Shown piece by piece: positions 36,030 to 43,627 of a DNA stretch of 64,000 nt. This stretch comes from an uncultured Verrucomicrobiota bacterium (GTDB lineage Bacteria > Auribacterota > JABMQX01), in contig CAYZXL010000002.1 of NCBI GenBank assembly GCA_964482435.1, positions 19,083 to 83,082 of the forward strand, in the 5' to 3' direction. The notes below the pieces were generated by a model that worked only from the letters and a program-made list of their open reading frames with translations, made no database searches and was not told the origin of the DNA. Each line of letters starts with the position of its first letter. Within the stretch, counting starts at the first letter, position 1. Made by a program: the position numbers and the translations under genes.

Positions 36030-37877
36030 CTATTCGGTCACGACCCTATAGAAGCGTCTGATGGTGCCCGGAGCCAAACTGTCGGACCAGCTTGTCGCGC
36101 CAGTGGGCCACTGCTCAATCGGGGGGACGACCTGCCATGTCCCTTCTGTCAACGAATCAGCGAATTCGACGCTGTACGTGGACTGCGAGCCCATATAGTC
36201 CCAGCTCAAGGAAAGCGACCCCTCGACGCTCAACCCGATGTCCTTCACAGAGAACTTCTCCGGCGCGGCCCCTTCGAGAGCTATCAGCTCGATGCCCTCG
36301 CCCGTCCCCAGGTTCCGAGAGTATTTCCTCTCCTGGGCATTGTTCCAGTGCTCGTGGACCCCCAGGCTCGGCAGCCTTTTGACTTGTGTTGAATGGTCAG
36401 GGTCGTAGAACGTCGCCGAAGGCGGTTTGTCAGCTAACGCCGCTTCGTGGAGATAGTCATCGGTCCCTGACTTGTGCGGATAGTCGCTCCATTCCGTCCA
36501 GAGGAAATCGAATGCAACTGAGTCAATAGCCACCGGGTCCTGTGATGCAAACACGCTGGACGTCCAGTCCCCGTTGAAGGGCTCGGAATTCCACCGCAAG
36601 GGTGTAGTATCCCTCGGGTGAACCCCCGCGTACAGTCCATCAATCAGGTACAGGACGGTTTTTCCGCCGATGTGAGCATGCCCCATCAAATCCACAAGGT
36701 TCCGGTACTGCCCCGTTCCCTCGGCAAAACCGCTCGTGTGCAAGTCGTAATAGCCGCCTTCAGCCGGAGTCCGCACCAGGGAGCCGTAGTGATTTTTCGC
36801 GCAGAGCGTAACACCCGCATCTGTGTGTGCCTTGAAATTCGCTAAGTTGACCACGTACTCCGCCTCGGCAAAGTAGTGCGGCACATAGTCCTGGCTGTAT
36901 CCCTGGGGCCTGGAACTCCAGTACAGGGGGACCTTCGACCGCCTCACCAGGACCCGACCGAACTTCCCCGCGCAATCCACGTACTGCACGTCCGGAAACT
37001 CCCCATGGAGGATGTTGTAGTACTCGTTGGGGAAATAGGCCACGGTATCCCCGACGGAAATGTCCGACTGATTGACGCCGGCCGCGTTGACGAGCTGCCG
37101 CAGAAGCGCCAGAATAACCTGCGGCGACGTGTTCATGTAGTTCCTCTGGCTCTGCAAATTGTAGGTGTTCGGGTTGACCGTTCCACCGCCCCTGATGAAG
37201 CCCACGAAGTTCACCTTTATGCCAATCTTTTCTCCCGCCACGTACCCGGCATCGCCCTTCCCGCGCTTCCGGTTGATGTGCCGGAACAACCTGTCCCACG
37301 CCACAGCCTCGTTTCGTTCGCCCGTCAACTCACGGATGGCCCGCGACATCATCTGGTCCACTACCGCCTGACTCGTATGATTGCTCTGCCACCAGTATCC
37401 GTCTCCCGGCCCGGCCCATGTTGTAGCGTCCGGGTCGTGCACCCAGACCACACGCCCCGGATTAATCCCCTGCCCAACGCCCATCGGAGCATTTGGGGAC
37501 GGCTGCTCGGCCAAGGCGACTTTTGGCGTTGACGCGCTCTGACTCAGCCACACAACCGCAGCGCTGATGGTGACGAGAATTACGCCCAGCGCATAGCGCG
37601 ACCGCGCAAAGCTCCGTTTTGCCTTATGAAAAAGCTTGATCGAGCCGACCGCTCCTGCAAGCCAGACGATAAAGCCCGAAGCCAACGGGAATGCCACACG
37701 CTGGCACGGGTATGTCGCCCGCGACGGCTTCGGAATCACCCGAATCAAGAACCATATCAGCGCCAAAACGCCCCAAATGGGAAACACCCAGCGCATCCAG
37801 CGGCGCTTGTTATGCTCGACAGACCAACTGGCACTGGGGCAACATCTCCTATCTTCTTTCGTTTCCGGCAATGACAT
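36030..37877 (-). CDS. DUF362-like protein with N-terminal membrane anchor and FYRV C-terminal module
   Basis: Trimmed to the ATG at 37877, preceded by GAGGA at 7-nt spacing. It has a TM segment WVFPIWGVLALIWFLI followed by PKPSRATYPCQR. VNLANFKAHTDAGVTLCAKNHYGSL resembles the DUF362 core. The C-terminus is ...GTIRRFYRVVTE. Confidence 0.65.
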   Translation of the reverse strand: MSLPETKEDRRCCPSASWSVEHNKRRWMRWVFPIWGVLALIWFLIRVIPKPSRATYPCQRVAFPLASGFIVWLAGAVGSIKLFHKAKRSFARSRYALGVILVTISAAVVWLSQSASTPKVALAEQPSPNAPMGVGQGINPGRVVWVHDPDATTWAGPGDGYWWQSNHTSQAVVDQMMSRAIRELTGERNEAVAWDRLFRHINRKRGKGDAGYVAGEKIGIKVNFVGFIRGGGTVNPNTYNLQSQRNYMNTSPQVILALLRQLVNAAGVNQSDISVGDTVAYFPNEYYNILHGEFPDVQYVDCAGKFGRVLVRRSKVPLYWSSRPQGYSQDYVPHYFAEAEYVVNLANFKAHTDAGVTLCAKNHYGSLVRTPAEGGYYDLHTSGFAEGTGQYRNLVDLMGHAHIGGKTVLYLIDGLYAGVHPRDTTPLRWNSEPFNGDWTSSVFASQDPVAIDSVAFDFLWTEWSDYPHKSGTDDYLHEAALADKPPSATFYDPDHSTQVKRLPSLGVHEHWNNAQERKYSRNLGTGEGIELIALEGAAPEKFSVKDIGLSVEGSLSLSWDYMGSQSTYSVEFADSLTEGTWQVVPPIEQWPTGATSWSDSLAPGTIRRFYRVVTE

Positions 37878-38116
37878 TTTCTGATCCTCACAACAAGGGG
37901 TTATCGGTAGTGTCTCTTCTCGGGGGTTACCAGACAGTAGCACACCTTCGGCGTCTCGGCAAGGTGCTGTTCCGCCCTGCCATCGTGGGAATTCTCGCGG
38001 TTGGCGCCTCACGTCCCATGCTCTTATACTTATGAAACCGCTGAGGAGCGCTGGAATGTTCCATCAGACGAGACGGTCACCCAGCAACGGTAGGAACACC
38101 CGGTCGGACGGATTCC

Positions 38117-38146
38117 TTGATTCGTTTTTCAGGACACTGCTATCAT
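38117..38146 (+). promoter_or_regulatory. Candidate promoter (TTGATT-18 nt-TATCAT) ending 7 nt before the FG-GAP gene ATG
   Basis: The hexamers lie at 38117..38122 and 38141..38146. There is no Shine-Dalgarno between the -10 hexamer and the ATG at 38154. Confidence 0.25.
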
Positions 38147-38153
38147 CGCCGCC

Positions 38154-40508
38154 ATGCGGACGGTTCTTTCCATCGCTCGACGGTTGCGTGCACTGGTCTT
38201 TGTGGTTGCGATAGCGCCGCTCGCTTCGCCTCGAACATTGGGAGCGGAGAATATGACAGCGAGCCCGGTGTGGACATCGCCCAACCGCTACCGCGTTCTA
38301 TTGTCGGTTGACCCACGAGGACGGACGCGCTCTAATTCGCCTGCATCGGTGGAGATTGATTTTCAGACGCTCTTGTTCAGTAAGGGTTGTTCGGAAGTCT
38401 TCGATGAGAACACAGTGGAAGTCCTCGGCTACGACACATCGGGGCAGCCGAAGGTCTTCGACCCGTCGCGGGGGGAATATGAGAAGTACCTCTTGCCCTG
38501 GCGCGTTCAGAGATACTTCGGAGTGACGACGGTAACGTTGAGCTTCGTCATGCCCGACCACACGGTGACGAGCTATGCAGTATATTTCGACACGGTGGAA
38601 TCGGGGCGTGGAAAACCTCGCCGCTACCGCGGTCTCGTCGGAGATGGCGACTGGTTCAGTGAGGGATACAAGGTCAGGGAAATTAACGCAAGCCACTTCG
38701 ACCAATTTTGCGATTTCGACTCGGATGGCGACCTGGACCTGTTCAAAGGCGGAGTGGAGCCTTTTGTGTATTGCTACGAGAACGTCGGAGGGAATCGTCT
38801 CGTGGACCGCGGCCGTCTGACTTCGGGCGGCAGCCTTTTCATTCTGCCGAAGAGCCTGTCGAATCGGAGCTGGGTGACGGTGGCGTTCCATGACTTGGAT
38901 GGCGACGGAGACAAAGATTTCTTCCCAAGTTTCATGGACGGCCCCGACGCAGGGAAGATCATTTTCTACAAGAACAATACCCGCGAAAATGGCGGGCAGC
39001 TCACGTTCACGAGAGTCGGCGTGCTCCGGACAGAATCGGGTGTTCCCCTTGCGGGCGGCGCGCAGGCTGGCGGCTGGTTTCCTTCAATCACGTTCGTCGA
39101 GGACTGGGATGGAGATGGCGACGCACAAACCGATGTCCTCGTCGGCAGCAACAATCGCTGCTATCTTTACCGCAACCTCGGCCCGAGTGTGGACGGTTTG
39201 CCCCGACTGGCTGACGCAGTTGCCCTGCAAGCTGGCGGGAAAGAACTTGTCCTGCTCAACCCTCGTTTTGACTGCGCCGATATTGACGGCGACGGAGATT
39301 TAGACCTCTTCGCGGGCACGCAGCCGGGCCCGGTCTATTTGTTCAAGAACATCGGCACACGCACGAAGCCTGAGTTCGACAGCGGGGCGGTCGTAGCTTA
39401 TGGCGGAAAGTACCTTGTGGGCGACGCGCATTCCGGCGTGAAGGTCGCCGATTTCGACAGGGATGGGTTGCTGGACTTTGTGGCGGGCAGGTTTTGGGAA
39501 CGGACAGACCTGTCGCGCCCCGACGAGCCGAGGGACTTCGGCGGCCTGTACAAGAACGTTGGGACGAGGACTTCCCCACGCTTCGAGAGGACAGTGGTCG
39601 GCTCGCCGTACACCGAGCGGTTCCAGATTTGTGATGCGGTGCGACAGAATAGCCTTCGCGCGGTGGACTGGAATCGCGATAGCAAAACTGACCTTTTGGC
39701 AGGCGACACCGATGGTTTCGTCTGGTACTTCCGAAACGAGACAGGGAACCTGTTTCCTCTCTTCGCAGCCGGTGAAAAGCTTCTCGCGGACGGGAAGTCG
39801 CTCAGCGTCGCCTCGAGTGGAGGACACGCCCGCCTCGACGTCTGCGATTGGAACAATGACGGCGAGCAAGATTTGCTCGTGGCGGATGGGGCCGGAACGC
39901 TAACCCTACTTTTGAACAAGGGCGGTTCCGTTCTGAGCGGCGGGCAAAAGGTAATGGCGGGCGGCAAGCCGATCCGTGGCTCGCCCCGCGCGAGCGTCCT
40001 TTTCTGCGACTGGAACAACGACGGACTCAATGATGTCGTTTTTGCCGACGAGAAAGGGTATTATTTCCACCGGAATGTCGGTTCGCCTGGTAAGCCCATT
40101 TTCGAGGCGGCAAAGCCCATTGCGTTTGGCGGGCAAAGCGTCAGCTACGTCAGGCCAAACCTCGGCTCCTTCGTGGACTGGGACGCCGACGGCAAGAAAG
40201 ACTTCATCGGCTGCCACTTCGAGAACAGCGTCAGGTTTTACCGGAACGTTGGCTCAGGCAAGCCCAAGGCAGAGCCGCAGTTCCCGTCCGCCGAGGGAAT
40301 CGTCATTCTTCAATCGTGGGCGCCGCAGATGATTTCCGGCGCCGATGCCGTGGACTGGAATCAAGACGGAGACGTTGACATCCTCACCGGGCAGGGGCAC
40401 GGCGGAAGTGGCTTGCGCTTTTTCGAGCGCGACTACATCGAGGATGAGCTAAACGGCACTCATCCCGTCGTGACCATCTGCGGGGTGGAGGCAAAGGGAG
40501 GCAGTTGA
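38154..40508 (+). CDS. Secreted FG-GAP/VCBS repeat protein (about 10-blade integrin-alpha-like propeller)
   Basis: 784-aa ORF with a signal peptide. It has ten D-x-D/N-x-D-G-x-x-D repeats: DFDSDGDLDLF, DLDGDGDKDFF, DWDGDGDAQTDVLVG, DIDGDGDLDLFAG, DFDRDGLLDFVAG, DWNRDSKTDLLAG, DWNNDGEQDLLVA, DWNNDGLNDVVFA, DWDADGKKDFIG and DWNQDGDVDILTG. Confidence 0.8.
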   Translation: MRTVLSIARRLRALVFVVAIAPLASPRTLGAENMTASPVWTSPNRYRVLLSVDPRGRTRSNSPASVEIDFQTLLFSKGCSEVFDENTVEVLGYDTSGQPKVFDPSRGEYEKYLLPWRVQRYFGVTTVTLSFVMPDHTVTSYAVYFDTVESGRGKPRRYRGLVGDGDWFSEGYKVREINASHFDQFCDFDSDGDLDLFKGGVEPFVYCYENVGGNRLVDRGRLTSGGSLFILPKSLSNRSWVTVAFHDLDGDGDKDFFPSFMDGPDAGKIIFYKNNTRENGGQLTFTRVGVLRTESGVPLAGGAQAGGWFPSITFVEDWDGDGDAQTDVLVGSNNRCYLYRNLGPSVDGLPRLADAVALQAGGKELVLLNPRFDCADIDGDGDLDLFAGTQPGPVYLFKNIGTRTKPEFDSGAVVAYGGKYLVGDAHSGVKVADFDRDGLLDFVAGRFWERTDLSRPDEPRDFGGLYKNVGTRTSPRFERTVVGSPYTERFQICDAVRQNSLRAVDWNRDSKTDLLAGDTDGFVWYFRNETGNLFPLFAAGEKLLADGKSLSVASSGGHARLDVCDWNNDGEQDLLVADGAGTLTLLLNKGGSVLSGGQKVMAGGKPIRGSPRASVLFCDWNNDGLNDVVFADEKGYYFHRNVGSPGKPIFEAAKPIAFGGQSVSYVRPNLGSFVDWDADGKKDFIGCHFENSVRFYRNVGSGKPKAEPQFPSAEGIVILQSWAPQMISGADAVDWNQDGDVDILTGQGHGGSGLRFFERDYIEDELNGTHPVVTICGVEAKGGS

Positions 40509-40606
40509 CGCTGTTATCGGACGTTGGGCGCTATCGCAGCTTGCACAAGAAACCTGTGAGCTTTGACCGAGCCGGACCTTTCACAAAAGGAGGTATTTTG
40601 CTCAGG

Positions 40607-41992
40607 ATGAGTCGTCTTGAGAGAGTTCTCGCGCTCGTGTTGTTGTGTGGTTCTATCGCGCCAACGCACGCCGAGAGCACTTCGAGCGACGGCCCATCGT
40701 TTTTCCTGGATGTCGTGCGTCGCTACGCAGACGTCATAATTGAAAGGGGTCGGGATACGTACGGGCCGAAGAAAAGCGGGCTGCTTCTCAGCGCGCTCGA
40801 CCGAATCAACCTTGCTCCGCTTACCGTTCGACCGGGGCCGCCCGGAGGCATTCGGCGAGAAGACCGACCCGGCCGCCCCTGGGCGGCTTTGACGGGGGCG
40901 AATCCGCAGCTCGACGAGAACCTCCTCCGTGTGCTCTACACCCTCAGCGAAATCACCGGCGATTCACGCTATCGGGAGGTCGCTGACGAAGAGCTAAGGT
41001 GGTTTTTGAACAACACCATGTCGCCCGTGACCAACCTGCTTCCCTGGGGCGAACACCTTTCCTGGGACGTTATGCGCGATGAGCCTGTCGCAGGCGGCGA
41101 CGTCGTCATGCACGAGTTTGCCCGACCCTGGGTTCTCTGGGACCGGTGCTTTGCGCTTGCACCGGAAGCCAGTAAGCGGTTCGCCTTGGGACTGTGGGAA
41201 CATCAGGTCGCCAACCATGACACCGGAGGTTTCGACCGCCACGCGCCCTACTTCAAGCATGGCCCGGTGGACGCGAAGGATTTTGCCCGGCATGCCGGGT
41301 TCTACATCGGCACCTGGTGCTATGCGTATAAGTACACCAAGGACGAAATCTTTCTGCGAGCAATTGAGGTTCTCCTGAAACGGTTTGAGCGGAAGCGCAT
41401 TCAGAGCGACGGTTCTATGGTCGCCACCATTGGGCCCCTCGACTGCTACATCGCCGCAAGGATAGTCCCTGAGCCTCTGGCTTCCCGCCTGCTTGCTTTT
41501 GCGGAGAAAGAAGACGAGCTAATCCTCGCTGAGTTGCATGATAGACCAATCGAAGGCCAGAGGCCCATGTGGGCAGCGAGCTACGGCTCCACGACAGCAG
41601 CTACCTATGCCATGTTCTGCGTGGCGCGTCACGAGCAGGACGGGAAGGAGGCTTATCGAGATGTCGTCATCGCAACGGCGGATGCCTATCTCAATTCTCT
41701 GCCGGAAGAGGACGTGGATGTCTGGCCAATGAGTTTCGCACACGCCATCAGCGTTGAGCTCGCCGCGTACCGCTTGACCAAGCATGACGTCTATCTACAG
41801 CGCGGGTGTTGCTTCGCGCGTATGGCGGTGCAGACATTCTGGCAGGACAACCCGCTCCCGCGAGCAAGCTTCAAGACGGGGCACTATGAGACCATCACCG
41901 GAGCCGATTCGCTTGCCCTCTCCCTTCTGGAGCTTCACGCGGTTCTGAATGGGCTGAAGATAAACGTACCCTCCAACACGATTGACCGCTGA
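40607..41992 (+). CDS. Secreted hypothetical protein, tandem paralog A
   Basis: Trimmed to the ATG at 40607, followed by a signal peptide MSRLERVLALVLLCGSIAPTHA. It is roughly 55-60% identical by eye to the next gene. No family was recognised with confidence. Confidence 0.6.
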   Translation: MSRLERVLALVLLCGSIAPTHAESTSSDGPSFFLDVVRRYADVIIERGRDTYGPKKSGLLLSALDRINLAPLTVRPGPPGGIRREDRPGRPWAALTGANPQLDENLLRVLYTLSEITGDSRYREVADEELRWFLNNTMSPVTNLLPWGEHLSWDVMRDEPVAGGDVVMHEFARPWVLWDRCFALAPEASKRFALGLWEHQVANHDTGGFDRHAPYFKHGPVDAKDFARHAGFYIGTWCYAYKYTKDEIFLRAIEVLLKRFERKRIQSDGSMVATIGPLDCYIAARIVPEPLASRLLAFAEKEDELILAELHDRPIEGQRPMWAASYGSTTAATYAMFCVARHEQDGKEAYRDVVIATADAYLNSLPEEDVDVWPMSFAHAISVELAAYRLTKHDVYLQRGCCFARMAVQTFWQDNPLPRASFKTGHYETITGADSLALSLLELHAVLNGLKINVPSNTIDR

Positions 41993-42017
41993 GGGAAACC
42001 CGACGAGCAAAGTGACC

Positions 42018-43535
42018 ATGCCGATTTCATCTGATGGAGTGATTGAGGTGCTGTCCCGCGACACAGCGAGAAGAGTGTGCCTGTCCTTTCTCAGCATCGC
42101 CCTCCTCGTAAGCTGGTACTGTGGCGCTGAGGTTCCGCCGTCACCTTTCCTCAACGTCGTTTACCGGTACGCGGACTGCATGCTTCAGCACGGCCGGGAT
42201 ACCTACGGCCCGCAGAAGACCGGCCTCTTTCTCAGCGCATTAGACCGCAGCACACTGAAACCCTTGGCCAGCCGTCCGGTGCCGCCATCGGGAGTGCGCG
42301 AAGGTGACCGAGTCAGTGTTGCTCCAGCTCCGCTCGTCGGCGCCAACCCGCACCACGACGAGAATTTCCTCCGTCTGCTTTACACTCTCTCCGCGCTATC
42401 TGGCAAGCAAGAATATCGGGATGCCGCAGACACGGAGCTGAAGTGGTTTCTTCAGAACGCGCGGTCTGCGGTGACAGACCTCCTGCCCTGGGGCGAGCAC
42501 GTGTCATGGAACGTCATGACGGATCAACCGTCGCCGGGTCGAGGAGACAATGCCTCTTTGGCAGTGCACGAGTTCGCAAGACCGTGGATGTTGTGGGACA
42601 GATCCTTCGAGCTGGCGCCGGAGGCGAGCCATCGGTTTGCACTGGGCCTGTGGGAGCACCAGATTGCCGACCACAAAACCGGCGCTTTCGACCGACACGC
42701 AGGGTTCCGGGAACATTTGCCGGCGGATGGAAAGGATTTTCCCCGGCACGCGGGCTTTTACATCCGCACGTGGGCGGTTGCATACTCGCGCACAAAAGAC
42801 GCGACGATGCTGACCGCCGTCGAGACGCTTTTGAAAAGATTCGAGGAGAAACGGCATCCCGGTACTGGGTTAATCGAGCATGAGTCCGGGCAGCCGATCG
42901 CGGTGCCTGCCTCGTCTCTTTCCCTCGCCATTGACTGTGACGCTGCCGCGCGCTTTGTGCCGGAACCGCTTGCCTCGCGTCTCAGGGCTTTTGCCATGCG
43001 CGAGGACGAGGTCTTCTGGCAAGTTCCCCACGACCTGGCGGGTCATGCGGGCTTCGTTACGGCGGTTGACAGGGCGACGGGCAAAGCGCCCGGCGGTTAC
43101 ACTCTGCTCTGGGAAGCGCGCTACGGGAGTTACACCACAGCACAGGTCGCCATGATGTGCGTCGCAAGATACGAAAATACCGGCAAAGTCGGATACCGCG
43201 ACCTGGTTGTTCAGGCGGCCAACGCGTACCTCCAGTCCATGCCCGCGGACGATGTGGACATCTGGCCGATGACCTTCGGGCACGCTATCAGCTTGCAGCT
43301 TGCGGCCTGGCGATACACCGCGCGAGCCGCCTACCTCGATTTCGCTCGCAAGCTCGGCACTCTGGCCGTCGAGAAATTCTGGGAGGACAATCCTCTGCCG
43401 CGTGCCAGCTTCAAAACGCAGCATTATGAGAGCATCACCGGCGCGGACACTTTAGCTCTGGCTCTCGTCGAGCTTCACCTGAACATCCTTCACATCACAG
43501 CAGTTCGCTGCCCTTCCAACACCATAGACCGCTGA
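42018..43535 (+). CDS. Secreted hypothetical protein, tandem paralog B
   Basis: Trimmed to the ATG at 42018. It has a hydrophobic N-terminal segment RRVCLSFLSIALLVSWYCGA. It shares blocks with paralog A (GRDTYGP.K.GL.LSALDR, LLPWGEH.SW.VM, HEFARPW.LWDR) and the identical C-terminus PSNTIDR. Confidence 0.6.
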   Translation: MPISSDGVIEVLSRDTARRVCLSFLSIALLVSWYCGAEVPPSPFLNVVYRYADCMLQHGRDTYGPQKTGLFLSALDRSTLKPLASRPVPPSGVREGDRVSVAPAPLVGANPHHDENFLRLLYTLSALSGKQEYRDAADTELKWFLQNARSAVTDLLPWGEHVSWNVMTDQPSPGRGDNASLAVHEFARPWMLWDRSFELAPEASHRFALGLWEHQIADHKTGAFDRHAGFREHLPADGKDFPRHAGFYIRTWAVAYSRTKDATMLTAVETLLKRFEEKRHPGTGLIEHESGQPIAVPASSLSLAIDCDAAARFVPEPLASRLRAFAMREDEVFWQVPHDLAGHAGFVTAVDRATGKAPGGYTLLWEARYGSYTTAQVAMMCVARYENTGKVGYRDLVVQAANAYLQSMPADDVDIWPMTFGHAISLQLAAWRYTARAAYLDFARKLGTLAVEKFWEDNPLPRASFKTQHYESITGADTLALALVELHLNILHITAVRCPSNTIDR

Positions 43536-43627
43536 AGGGGCGACCGCGAAAAGCTGCGTCAAACCGGAGGGCTTTCCGGTTCGGGAAAGGCCCCGATGCC
43601 CCATGCGGCCGTCTTCGTCACCAACAA

